Source: a virus (Duplodnaviria; Heunggongvirae; Uroviricota; Caudoviricetes). From it: a DNA stretch of 64,000 nt. The position numbers and the translations under genes were made by a program. Location of the stretch: positions 224,001 through 288,000 of IMG/VR virus record IMGVR_UViG_3300025015_000009, one strand, 5' to 3'. The notes below the pieces were generated by a model. The model was given only the letters and a program-made list of their open reading frames with translations, ran no database searches and was not told the origin of the DNA. The first letter of the stretch is position 1; each line of letters begins with the position of its first letter. Below are positions 10,233 through 19,543 of this stretch, one piece after another.

Positions 10233-10343
10233 ATGAAACTAATTGCACATCGTGGTAATACAAACGGACGATCTGAGTATGAAAACTCGGCAACATTAAT
10301 ACTTAATGCACACGACCTGATCGCATACTTAGCAAACTTGTAA
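10233..10343 (+). pseudogene. Truncated GDPD/PLC-like phosphodiesterase remnant
   Basis: MKLIAHRGNTNG..YEN N-terminal motif, ending after 36 aa. Confidence 0.5.
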
Positions 10344-10379
10344 ATATTTAACGGTGGCACTTAGAGCAGTAAATAGTGT

Positions 10380-13268
10380 ATGTTTGATATCTTCTACACT
10401 AACACAAAACCGAACTTATTCCCACACGAACAATATACGTTAACTGCGGATACTGCTAAAGAGCAGGCTAGAACTAAGTTCTTCTGGCTAGTAGACGGCC
10501 GATATGATATGCAGAGTTTTGATTTCACCTGGCAGCCAGTGCCCTGGGAGAATCATCAGACTCACATATTTAGATGTAATTCTCAATTTGAAGAGTTCGA
10601 AGTACTGTTGATTCCGACTCACGAAGAGACTATAGTTAACCATTACTACGATACTACTTATTTGCCCCGTAAAGCAGACCCAGCTAATTGGAAAATATTA
10701 AAAACAGACGTAGCCTGGGATATTGACCCCACCTGGGTTCCAAATCCATATGAGCCCCCATATATCTATGTGTTTGGCAACCAGTGGTACTCATCCACTG
10801 AAATGCCAACAGCTGAATATCATGTGCCAAATGCAACTGACTACAAATATGTAGATGATCTGGTTTGCACTGTAAAAGCAGACCCAAGCAACTGGAAAAT
10901 ACTAAAAACAGACGTAGCATGGGATATCGACCCCACCTGGGCTCCAAATCCATATGAGCCCCCATATATCTACGTGTTTGGCAACCAGTGGTACTCATCC
11001 ACTGAAATGCCAACAGCTGAATATCATGTTGCTGGTGCAACTGACTACAAATATGTAGATGATCTGGTTTGCACTGTAAAAGCTAACCCAGCTAATTGGA
11101 GAATATTAAAAACAGACGTAGCATGGGATATCGACCCCACCTGGGCTCCAAATCCATATGAGCCCCCATATATCTACGTGTTTGGCAACCAGTGGTACTC
11201 ATCCACTGAAATGCCAACAGCTGAATATCATGTTGCTGGTGCAACTGACTACAAATATGTAGATGATCTGGTATTAACAATTAGTAATAATAAAGAACGA
11301 TGGTACGTTCCAGAAGAAGTCGATGCGTCAATGATAGATTTTGATTGGGCACCAAACCCAGATGAGCCTCCTTACGTTTATCACTTTAGCTCTGAATTCC
11401 AAATGTCAACTGGCTTAACGTATACTGTTCCGGGAGCCACTGACATAAAGTTTGAGACTGTTGTTCCGTTGCTAGTAAATGCCCGCAAGAAAACAGTAAT
11501 AAGATTGAACCAGAAAACTGAACATAAGAGTGGTTCAATAGTCAGAGTAGTTAGCATGTTTTTCATTGATATGAATAATCGCTCATCATCTCAACGGTTT
11601 GCTAATCTAAAAGTTCGATATCCTAATATACAAAAAGTGCGATACATCAACAGTTGGTTAGACACAATTAAACGATGTCTAACCAGGTCAGAGACTTTGA
11701 GATTCTGGGTTATCAGTTCTGAGAATATATACAATAACTTTAATTTCGAGTGGCACGCCCAACCCTGGCAAAGTCACATGACTCATGTATTCGGGTCACA
11801 GTGGCAAAAGTGGAGCGACACGTATTTGATTAACAAGAACGAGTTTCAACGTCATATTACTTGGGCAAAGACATTAGAAGAGTTCCCTAATCTAAACTTT
11901 GTGTCAGACCAACCAGTTTACCGTCCGGACGATCTGTACGATATCTACTTCGTTAACCATGCAAACCCAGGAACCGAGGCGAACTTTGCTCGTATTAAGA
12001 AACGGTACCCGTTAGTAAAGACTGCGCGGTATGTGGATAACTACCTTGACACGTTTAAGCGAATAGTAACGTCTGCTGAGACAGAATATATTTGGGTAAC
12101 AAATTCCATCTCAGATTATAATCGATTTGACTTCACTTGGCAACCCGACCAATGGCAAGCAAAGATGCTACATGTATTTCCATCAGGACAGCAAAAGTTC
12201 GGAGACACGTTCTATATCCATGTTCCTACGTTTAAGCAGCAGATGGATAATATCACACAACTAGAACAATACGATACAATTAATTACTGTGACGACCAAG
12301 CCGTGCTTAGGTTACCAGTTGATGTTGTTGAGTATGACACTGACACGGTTGTAAATCCAATTAAATCGCACAAGTTCACTGGCCCGTATGCAATATTTAA
12401 ACCCAAAGGAGTAACAGCAAATATAGACTATGCTCCGTCACTGTGGAGCAGTAAAGACCGAGTTGTGCATACGTTTACGCGAAGTGGTAGTGTCGTGATA
12501 GCACCGCGAGAAATCAGAGGCGCATTAGATACGCAAGTGTACGATTATCCTCATATTTTGCCACATAATGACCTGTTTTTACAAGATAAACCGTTGGATA
12601 TTGTCTATATTTCCAATGGGGAACCCGACGCTGACCGCTGGTATAATCACTTACTAAGAATAGCTCCAGGTAGAACGATACATCATGTGCAAAATGTGAC
12701 TGGTCGAGCAGCAGCATACAAAACAGCAGCGACCGTAAGCACAACGCCGTGGTTCTTTACTGTGTTTGCAAAACTAGAAGTATTACCTGAGTTTGATTTT
12801 AATTGGCAACCTGATAGGTTACAGCAGCAGAAGCACTATATTTTCTACGCAACAAATCCAGTCAACGGTTTACAATACGGTCACCAGGCTGTAATTTGTT
12901 ATAATAAAGAGTTAGTATTGCAAACAACAGATAGCGGGCTCGACTTTACGTTAAGCAAGGAGCACGAAGTTGTTCCGACACTCAGTGCAATAGCACACTT
13001 CAACGTGACAAAGGAAATCACTTGGCGTACCGCATTTAGAGAGTGCATAAAGCTAAAGGACTCGATAGAGAAAAATCCAACTGATTACAACTCTACGTAT
13101 CGATTAGAAACGTGGTTGACTGTTGCAGACGGGCAGCACGCCGCCTGGTCGATCAATGGAGCAAAAGATGCAGTTGATTACTATAATTCTGTAGCAGGTG
13201 ACATAGACAAACTGATGTTGAGCTACGAGTGGAAGTGGTTAGATGAGTATTTTGCATCTAAGTACTAG
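10380..13268 (+). CDS. Large modular glycosyltransferase-like protein with internal repeats
   Basis: Several xDIFY..T.FFW..FDFTWQP modules. C-terminal domain resembles 3346-4272 (AYKTAA, YGHQAV, WRTAFRE). TAAATA upstream. Confidence 0.65.
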   Translation: MFDIFYTNTKPNLFPHEQYTLTADTAKEQARTKFFWLVDGRYDMQSFDFTWQPVPWENHQTHIFRCNSQFEEFEVLLIPTHEETIVNHYYDTTYLPRKADPANWKILKTDVAWDIDPTWVPNPYEPPYIYVFGNQWYSSTEMPTAEYHVPNATDYKYVDDLVCTVKADPSNWKILKTDVAWDIDPTWAPNPYEPPYIYVFGNQWYSSTEMPTAEYHVAGATDYKYVDDLVCTVKANPANWRILKTDVAWDIDPTWAPNPYEPPYIYVFGNQWYSSTEMPTAEYHVAGATDYKYVDDLVLTISNNKERWYVPEEVDASMIDFDWAPNPDEPPYVYHFSSEFQMSTGLTYTVPGATDIKFETVVPLLVNARKKTVIRLNQKTEHKSGSIVRVVSMFFIDMNNRSSSQRFANLKVRYPNIQKVRYINSWLDTIKRCLTRSETLRFWVISSENIYNNFNFEWHAQPWQSHMTHVFGSQWQKWSDTYLINKNEFQRHITWAKTLEEFPNLNFVSDQPVYRPDDLYDIYFVNHANPGTEANFARIKKRYPLVKTARYVDNYLDTFKRIVTSAETEYIWVTNSISDYNRFDFTWQPDQWQAKMLHVFPSGQQKFGDTFYIHVPTFKQQMDNITQLEQYDTINYCDDQAVLRLPVDVVEYDTDTVVNPIKSHKFTGPYAIFKPKGVTANIDYAPSLWSSKDRVVHTFTRSGSVVIAPREIRGALDTQVYDYPHILPHNDLFLQDKPLDIVYISNGEPDADRWYNHLLRIAPGRTIHHVQNVTGRAAAYKTAATVSTTPWFFTVFAKLEVLPEFDFNWQPDRLQQQKHYIFYATNPVNGLQYGHQAVICYNKELVLQTTDSGLDFTLSKEHEVVPTLSAIAHFNVTKEITWRTAFRECIKLKDSIEKNPTDYNSTYRLETWLTVADGQHAAWSINGAKDAVDYYNSVAGDIDKLMLSYEWKWLDEYFASKY
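10671..11272 (+). repeat. Three near-identical 204-bp (68 aa) tandem repeats
   Basis: Units start at 10671, 10875 and 11079 (KADPANWKILKTDVAWDIDPTW..YKYVDDLV). Confidence 0.95.
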
Positions 13269-13269
13269 T

Positions 13270-14346
13270 TCAGTACCGACTAACTATCTTAGCAATTGTT
13301 GCAGCAACACGTTCGACCTCAACGTCAGTTAACTCGGGGTATATTGGGAGACTTAACACAGAGGTGCGACTCTCGGGAACAGTGACCGCCCCTAAGGTGT
13401 ACCTGTAGTGTATCTTCGTTTCTATGTTATAGTCACTCAACTTTTTCTGTAACTCGTAGTTAGTCGCCGGCGTGCAGCGGATAACGTACTTATGCCAAGC
13501 ATGAATTACGTCTGGTGAATGAGTAGGAAGTCTAATTTTAGTGCCATCGAGTCTGTCGGTATAGTAAGCAGCAATATCCGTTCTTCTTTTTTGCCAACTG
13601 TCGAAGTATTGTAACTTTACTAGTAGTTGTGCAGCCGATGATTCGCTCATCTGGCTGTTGGTCCCCACTGATTCTATCGAGTCCTCACTTACCTTTGCTC
13701 GACGACGGATAACAGTCGCAAGCTCATCATCGTCGGTTAGTACCATACCCCCACTACTATACGATGGTAGGTTCTTTGTTGGGTCAAAACTTAAACAACT
13801 TATTAGTCCTAGTTTTCCACTGGGGATTCCTTTATACGATCCACCGAAACTTTGAGCAGCATCTTCTATAATACTGACGTTCTTATTGGAGAATAACGTA
13901 ATCACAGTTTGCAGTTTATCGTAGTCTATCATATTGCCGTATAAGTTTACATACATTAATGTGATGTTGTTTGATTGGATACCTGGCAAATCTAACCCGG
14001 CTATGTCAAGTATACCGTTAGAGTCTACGTCTATAAACACCGGCGTTTTGTTTTCTAGTAGAACAACGTTTCGTGTAGCTACAAAACTGAAAGTTGGGAG
14101 TATCACAACTGAGTTATTGAGACTCCATAAAGAGAATTGCAGTGCTTGAGTGCAACTATTGACGGCTATTGCATGTTTTCGGTTAGTACGAACAGCAATG
14201 TCTTTTTCTAATGCAGTAGTGAATGGGCCACTGAGAACCTGACCACTGGTGTACACTCGGTCGACTGCGGCGAGTATTTCAGGTTTTAGATTCTGGTACT
14301 GTCTCTTAAGACCAGAGAATAGGATTTTTTCTGAGCCACTCTGCAT
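13270..14346 (-). CDS. DegT/DnrJ/EryC1/StrS PLP-dependent sugar aminotransferase
   Basis: NSCTQAL, IIEDAAQSFG, SFDPTKNL (PLP lysine), SLPIYPEL. Confidence 0.92.
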   Translation of the reverse strand: MQSGSEKILFSGLKRQYQNLKPEILAAVDRVYTSGQVLSGPFTTALEKDIAVRTNRKHAIAVNSCTQALQFSLWSLNNSVVILPTFSFVATRNVVLLENKTPVFIDVDSNGILDIAGLDLPGIQSNNITLMYVNLYGNMIDYDKLQTVITLFSNKNVSIIEDAAQSFGGSYKGIPSGKLGLISCLSFDPTKNLPSYSSGGMVLTDDDELATVIRRRAKVSEDSIESVGTNSQMSESSAAQLLVKLQYFDSWQKRRTDIAAYYTDRLDGTKIRLPTHSPDVIHAWHKYVIRCTPATNYELQKKLSDYNIETKIHYRYTLGAVTVPESRTSVLSLPIYPELTDVEVERVAATIAKIVSRY

Positions 14347-15271
14347 AACGTGTAAATCCTTCGAGTATGTTTGTTGTAGGATTGTATCCAAGATCAATCT
14401 TAGCTTTACTGATACTTAATTTGTTTCTACTTGGAAAGTTGCTGTCTTTCGGACACACTGATATTTTGCCTGACCCAACAATATCGGTTATTAATGTCGC
14501 AGCATCGAGCAAGGTAGCGGTGTGGGTGTCGCAGCGAGTCATGTTATACGTTTTCCCGTTTGCGACCTTACTTGTTGCAGCTAACACAATACCGTTAGCA
14601 ATGTCATCTACGTAGGTAAAATCTAAAACCTCGTCTGCACCTTTAACAACTAACGTTGCACCTACTAATGCTTGCTGGATGAATTTTGCAATAACTCTAT
14701 CATTTACATCGAGTTCCCCGTATACCGCGCTTGGGCGAATAATAGTGTGCTCGATGTTGTACTGCCTAGAGTAGTCTCGCACCAGCTGCTCACCAGTGTA
14801 CTTCATTATTGCATACGACCCAATGGGTGAACAGGGGTACTCTTCTGGTACAATGCAGCTAAAGTTGCCATACACCATACTGGAACTGATATACACGAAC
14901 TTCTCAACAGATGCTGCCACTGATGCTTCTAGCAAGTTGAGAAGCGCAGTTACCATAACTTCGGACCCGGGTTCCGGGTCCGAAAGAACAACCTTCTGCC
15001 TGGGAAAACTAGCAAGATGTATCACAGTATCCGGTTTAAAACTATTGATCGTGTTCTGCAACCGTCGTTTGTTTCTTATGTCAAACGTCTGAATAGGCGA
15101 CGACACTTTTTTCTTGCGCTGAGACACAAGAAATCTAATCTCTTTGTCTGGGATTATACCGTAGTTAGTACAGCTATCAACAATAAGGCACGTATGCCCG
15201 AGGCGCTCTAACTGTTGAACAACGTTGTGTCCAATAAACCCGAGCCCGCCTGTGATTAGGTATTTTGCCAT
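14306..15271 (-). CDS. NAD-dependent NDP-sugar epimerase/dehydratase
   Basis: ITGGLGFIG, ISSSMVYG, YAIMK (YxxxK), DFTYVDD. Confidence 0.92.
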   Translation of the reverse strand: MAKYLITGGLGFIGHNVVQQLERLGHTCLIVDSCTNYGIIPDKEIRFLVSQRKKKVSSPIQTFDIRNKRRLQNTINSFKPDTVIHLASFPRQKVVLSDPEPGSEVMVTALLNLLEASVAASVEKFVYISSSMVYGNFSCIVPEEYPCSPIGSYAIMKYTGEQLVRDYSRQYNIEHTIIRPSAVYGELDVNDRVIAKFIQQALVGATLVVKGADEVLDFTYVDDIANGIVLAATSKVANGKTYNMTRCDTHTATLLDAATLITDIVGSGKISVCPKDSNFPSRNKLSISKAKIDLGYNPTTNILEGFTRYAEWLRKNPILWS

Positions 15272-15933
15272 TCGATCGTAGGAAGAAAGACGGCTGGGTG
15301 ACTGTGTGTTGTGTCACCCACATCAGAAAACAACGGGTTCCATTTGTCTCTAAATGCTGCTAACGTAGGACACATAATCTGTCGAATCTGTGGGTGCGCC
15401 GCGGCGGACGTTCTTAGTTCCAGAATATGTCTCCACTCTCGGGGATTAGCAGTAACAACGATTTCAGTCTTTAACGAGTTAGGTAGAACTGACCTCGCTT
15501 CTTGAGGTTTGGACCCAGCGGCCAACAGTTTCATGTATGCGGTCTCGGCTGACTCACATGATTCTTTCCAGACGTAGTATTCTGTATTACGATTACGGCC
15601 ATCGTAGAAGAACGGATCGATTACTGTTATTTCTCCTCCGAACTTGTCGTTGCTGTAGTTGCAGTACCTGGTACTCGCCTGAGAGAAAGATGCAATACGA
15701 TGTCTTACTAGTTCGTGTGTTACTCCTCTATCACAACTGAATAGAACAGAGATACTACCGTGCTCTAACACCGACGAGTGATTAACTCCTTTGAGCATCT
15801 CGATAAACTTAACGTCGCTACCTTCTTCAATTCTATCTTCGCTCTTCCAACAGATTCGACCTGCCCGTTCTATGTTCTTAGTAAGATTCGGTGTGTATGC
15901 GATTATTTGGAAACTTGGTTGCTCTATTTTCAT
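15256..15933 (-). CDS. thyX: FAD-dependent thymidylate synthase
   Basis: HSSVLEH, RGVTHELVRHRIASFSQASTRY, ARSVLP, AHPQIR. Confidence 0.97.
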   Translation of the reverse strand: MKIEQPSFQIIAYTPNLTKNIERAGRICWKSEDRIEEGSDVKFIEMLKGVNHSSVLEHGSISVLFSCDRGVTHELVRHRIASFSQASTRYCNYSNDKFGGEITVIDPFFYDGRNRNTEYYVWKESCESAETAYMKLLAAGSKPQEARSVLPNSLKTEIVVTANPREWRHILELRTSAAAHPQIRQIMCPTLAAFRDKWNPLFSDVGDTTHSHPAVFLPTIEWQNT

Positions 15934-15955
15934 TTTATTCTTTCTTGTTAGTTAG

Positions 15956-16189
15956 TTAAACAGTAACGCAGTGTTCGTTCTCGCAGCGAGTAGTAACACC
16001 ACTTAGTGGGATCAGCCAGCTCGAATGAGCAAACCAAGTAACATCGGGTGGGACAGGGCACGGGTATAATTCAAAGTGAACTTCGTAATCCCCATCTTCA
16101 TCAATGGGAGATACTATGCAGCCAACAGCTCCCATTGGAGGCATGTACCCGTCTGTTCCTATTAACATTACTACTTGACCTATATTCAT
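15956..16189 (-). CDS. Hypothetical protein
   Basis: GAGG RBS and its own sigma70 promoter. Confidence 0.6.
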   Translation of the reverse strand: MNIGQVVMLIGTDGYMPPMGAVGCIVSPIDEDGDYEVHFELYPCPVPPDVTWFAHSSWLIPLSGVTTRCENEHCVTV

Positions 16190-16211
16190 ATGATACCCTC
16201 AAATATGAATT

Positions 16212-16240
16212 ATTATAGTGTATGTTACAGAGAGAGTCAA
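16212..16240 (-). promoter_or_regulatory. sigma70-type promoter
   Basis: TTGACT-N17-TATAAT. Confidence 0.75.
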
Positions 16241-16256
16241 CTTAATTGATATAATA

Positions 16257-16277
16257 CTGAGCGACAATGTCGCTCAG
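16257..16277 (-). terminator. Hairpin / likely terminator
   Basis: CTGAGCGAC-AAT-GTCGCTCAG perfect 9-bp stem just after stop of 16281-16622. Confidence 0.65.
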
Positions 16278-16280
16278 ATA

Positions 16281-16622
16281 TTACTTTTTGATTTTCTTCA
16301 GAAGGTGGTCGGTTATCGGTTGGACGGTGTTAGCAAGTAACTCGATATCAACGAAGAAGTCAACGTCGACTATATACATCGACAGCTCATCTAATTGGCG
16401 ATTTAACTTACGTTGAATGCTGTCAGGCAGTTCGCCGTTTTTTGTTAGTTCGTCAATTCGAATTTCGACGATAGTTCCGTCTTTTAAGTTTACTTTTATA
16501 CACTGTAGAACTTGAATAGGTATTTCGTTTTTATCAACATCTTTAAGAATCTGTTCCCAATTATCTCGGGAACTGATTTTTATCTTTTTTGCTCTAGGCT
16601 GTGGTCGGTTCTTGGCTGCCAT
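16281..16622 (-). CDS. Hypothetical protein
   Basis: Clean ORF in operon. Confidence 0.65.
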   Translation of the reverse strand: MAAKNRPQPRAKKIKISSRDNWEQILKDVDKNEIPIQVLQCIKVNLKDGTIVEIRIDELTKNGELPDSIQRKLNRQLDELSMYIVDVDFFVDIELLANTVQPITDHLLKKIKK

Positions 16623-17223
16623 TTGTTATCGTTGGGTCAAGGGTCTTTGCCTCGGCTTCTAGTCGTGTTGCTTCGGCCAGTAGTCCGGTTGCTTCTCGTT
16701 TCAGTCGTTCGGCCTGTACGATTTGTTGTTTAGCAATATCAGCATCTGTTAGTGCAGTAGTCAACGCTGGTTCTCCAGTTACACTACCAGATGTGGTTTT
16801 ACTTTCGTTTGCCCTTGTTGTTTTTGACAGGCCTAGATTAGAATCAAGTTCTGCCATCTTTTTAACAGCCGCATCGCCCTGTGCCATCTGATCCAGCATC
16901 GAGTTCAGTTCGTCTAGGCGAATGGTTGCAGTTGTAGTCGGAGTCACCAGCACCTGAGATGTTTGGATTTTCTTAATACACCCGTTGCGGTGACATGATT
17001 CCAGCACGTTTGACCCGTCGGACGACTTGACTCTAAATAGAGCGTCTGCAAACTCAACTGCTTCCTGTCCGGCTGAGCTTTCGACTGCCGACATAATTGC
17101 TTCGTGCAGTCCTGTAGTTAGAGAATCAGAGTATACAACCAAACACATATGGTCTTCCCCTGGGACTTTCCGGTAAAGAATTACAACTTTTTTCCCGTTA
17201 TGTTTTCCGATATGCTTAATCAT
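16594..17223 (-). CDS. Hypothetical protein with C-terminal coiled coil
   Basis: MIKHIGK start with ATGA overlap; heptad-like C-terminus. Confidence 0.7.
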   Translation of the reverse strand: MIKHIGKHNGKKVVILYRKVPGEDHMCLVVYSDSLTTGLHEAIMSAVESSAGQEAVEFADALFRVKSSDGSNVLESCHRNGCIKKIQTSQVLVTPTTTATIRLDELNSMLDQMAQGDAAVKKMAELDSNLGLSKTTRANESKTTSGSVTGEPALTTALTDADIAKQQIVQAERLKREATGLLAEATRLEAEAKTLDPTITNGSQEPTTA

Positions 17224-17456
17224 TTTGTTTCCACCGGTTGTGCAGCAGGATTCTCACTGGGCTTGCCACCTGGCAGTGTTGCTCCGTTTTCTATTAGAAA
17301 CTGTTTCAGCTTATCGTGCAATGCACCAGTTATAGACATCTCCTCGGCTTTGATTGCTCCTCGTTGGGCAGTCGCCTGGATGATGCTATACATTACAAGT
17401 AGATCGTTGAGTGTGAGGTTTGTGGGTTGCGGTGCTTCTTGTACTGGTTCAGTCAT
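17220..17456 (-). CDS. Hypothetical protein
   Basis: AGGAG RBS; TAAATA upstream. Confidence 0.65.
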   Translation of the reverse strand: MTEPVQEAPQPTNLTLNDLLVMYSIIQATAQRGAIKAEEMSITGALHDKLKQFLIENGATLPGGKPSENPAAQPVETK

Positions 17457-17528
17457 TGTTGTCTCCTAATAAGTCAATGTACTATTATTTAACGCTAGAA
17501 CAGCCTGACAGAAAATTTTGTGCGTAGG

Positions 17529-17777
17529 CTAGCGATTTATCTGGTCGACCATCAACGCAAACATCATAGCCTCAGAGTGATCTTCAAACCCAACACAAAC
17601 CAGTGCTTTTTTCATTGGTTCGATACAAAATCTTCCCTGAAACTGTTCGTATATCCAACGGCGAAGTGTGGTTTTGTCGATGAGAAGAGTGAATGTTATT
17701 AACTTGAAATGAAGGGGTACGTAGGGTACTTCTCTTAAATCAAATACGTTTAATGGGTTTACTTCCCCATTACGCAT
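17529..17777 (-). CDS. Small protein, divergent member of F..DA.LF.L.W family
   Basis: RRWIYEQF..VGFEDHSEAMMFAL. Confidence 0.6.
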   Translation of the reverse strand: MRNGEVNPLNVFDLREVPYVPLHFKLITFTLLIDKTTLRRWIYEQFQGRFCIEPMKKALVCVGFEDHSEAMMFALMVDQINR

Positions 17778-18036
17778 CTGGTTCTTTCTTGTGCTGTGCT
17801 TTAGTGAATTGCAATAGCTTGTAGAATGCGTGATTGATTATCTGTTGCTGTTGCCGGTCAGAGTTCTCTCCGTTCCCGCAGCGGTGAGCATACGACCATC
17901 GGCACACGTTGCGAAGTAATTCAGACACTATCTCTGGATTGCAAGCGACATCGATGTGCAGTTGGAGAAGGTGCAGCAACGATTCATACTGCTCTACCTT
18001 CTCCCGCAACGTAGGTGTTTTATACCTTTGTTTCAT
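17770..18036 (-). CDS. Hypothetical protein
   Basis: ATG at 18036 overlapping upstream gene end. Confidence 0.55.
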   Translation of the reverse strand: MKQRYKTPTLREKVEQYESLLHLLQLHIDVACNPEIVSELLRNVCRWSYAHRCGNGENSDRQQQQIINHAFYKLLQFTKAQHKKEPDA

Positions 18037-19420
18037 TGTAATGAGCCCATACACCGAACGGAGGCTGTGCCTGATTGTTTCCGTTAATAATCCACACTGT
18101 GTCACAGTAATCTTCTTCGCCCCAGGATCCATATGGGAATCCGTCGGTGAACACAACTAACTTTTTCGGGGAAACATCGTGCTCTCGCATGTAAACCCAA
18201 TTTGCCATGAAGTCTGTGCCGCCACCTCCTTGAATGTCGTAAGCAAGAAGGTCGTCGCTGTTGTCTTGGGTGAAGACTTGTGGGTTATATACTGCGGTGT
18301 CAAAAGTCCAAACAGTGATCTTATAGTCGTCGTACGAATCCATAATACCTTTTACCTCACTCAAGAATTCTTGAAGCATTCGAGTGGAGATACTGCCTGA
18401 GGTGTCAATTGCCACGGCGATGTCGATTGTCTCACCTGGTTTCATTCCAGGCAAAATTGCATCACAGTGCCACGCGCGGCGCGATGGACGGAGCCAAGTA
18501 AAGTCCGATTTGATCACACTTTCAATCTGTTGCTGAAGCAGCTCGCGCCAGTTCATCTTTGGCTCAAGCAACTCTTTCAACATGCGTTTTACACCGAGTG
18601 GCGTATTGCCGGCACCACATGCTTGCGCAGCGGAAATCATTGCTTCTTTAACTTCGTCACGAATTTGTTTCTTCTCTTCTTCTGTAAGCGTAGGGCGTTT
18701 ACCTTTACCATTTTTCCCCTTGTCGCCGCCTTCGTCACCGTCCTTCCCTTCGTCACCCTCATCACCGTCCAGGTGCTCATCCAGCAGTTTTTTCAGCAGC
18801 TCGTCGAGCGAGAGTTTCGATGACTTATTACTCTTTGAGTTCTTTTTCTTAGGGCCTTCCTTCCCGCCTGACCCTGGGGTACCGCCGTCCTGGTCACTGC
18901 CGTTGCTGTCAGCATCGCCGTCATCATCTCCATCGTCGGTGTCAACTGAGTCGAGCAACAGATCATACACTTCTTCTGACGACAGTCCTTTATAGTCTGG
19001 GTTAAACAGCATTGGGACCGACGTGATCTTGTCACCAATTTTTTGGTCGATCAAGTCTGCATTAACAACATAGTCGCAGGCGACGTTATAAAGGTCTTTC
19101 ATCCTGTGCCCGCATCGATCGACGTGAGAATAGCAATTATGCAAAATCTCATGACCCAGAAGAAACTCGATCTCTTTTATAGATAGGCGTTCGATGAATC
19201 TGGAATTGAAATACAGTTTCCGTCCGTCTGTTGCCGCAGTGCCGCACCAGTCGTCTGCGTTTTCCAGCGTTAGTCGTGTTGCCATGTTACCAAAGAATGG
19301 AGCGCGAAGTAATAGCCCGATTCTAGCAGTAATGAGCTTCTCAATTGAAGCAGCATTAACCTTTGGGTCTGTTTCGCATGGTCCAAAACTCTGGTCTTTA
19401 GTTGCAGCGGAAGTTGCCAT
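18020..19420 (-). CDS. Metallopeptidase-like + VWA domain protein (DUF2201-type)
   Basis: TAATDG, HEILH (HExxH), acidic/Gly linker, AIDTSGSI MIDAS, GGGGTDF, FTDG. Confidence 0.88.
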   Translation of the reverse strand: MATSAATKDQSFGPCETDPKVNAASIEKLITARIGLLLRAPFFGNMATRLTLENADDWCGTAATDGRKLYFNSRFIERLSIKEIEFLLGHEILHNCYSHVDRCGHRMKDLYNVACDYVVNADLIDQKIGDKITSVPMLFNPDYKGLSSEEVYDLLLDSVDTDDGDDDGDADSNGSDQDGGTPGSGGKEGPKKKNSKSNKSSKLSLDELLKKLLDEHLDGDEGDEGKDGDEGGDKGKNGKGKRPTLTEEEKKQIRDEVKEAMISAAQACGAGNTPLGVKRMLKELLEPKMNWRELLQQQIESVIKSDFTWLRPSRRAWHCDAILPGMKPGETIDIAVAIDTSGSISTRMLQEFLSEVKGIMDSYDDYKITVWTFDTAVYNPQVFTQDNSDDLLAYDIQGGGGTDFMANWVYMREHDVSPKKLVVFTDGFPYGSWGEEDYCDTVWIINGNNQAQPPFGVWAHYNETKV

Positions 19421-19456
19421 GTAATTATTCCTCTTACTATTTAATTTAATATAGCT

Positions 19457-19485
19457 ATTATAGACGAACTTGCTCTGATTGTCAA
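19457..19485 (-). promoter_or_regulatory. sigma70 promoter (perfect consensus)
   Basis: TTGACA-N17-TATAAT. Confidence 0.85.
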
Positions 19486-19502
19486 CCAAAATTTAGCCAG
19501 TT

Positions 19503-19528
19503 AAAAAGCCCACATTACGTGGGCTTCT
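19503..19528 (-). terminator. Intrinsic terminator
   Basis: AAGCCCAC-loop-GTGGGCTT stem, with a T-run on the minus strand. Confidence 0.8.
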
Positions 19529-19543
19529 TACATTACTGCCAGA

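Noticed and set aside
10671-11272. 204-bp repeats as a mobile element or CRISPR
   Set aside because: In-frame intragenic domain triplication with no spacers or terminal repeats.
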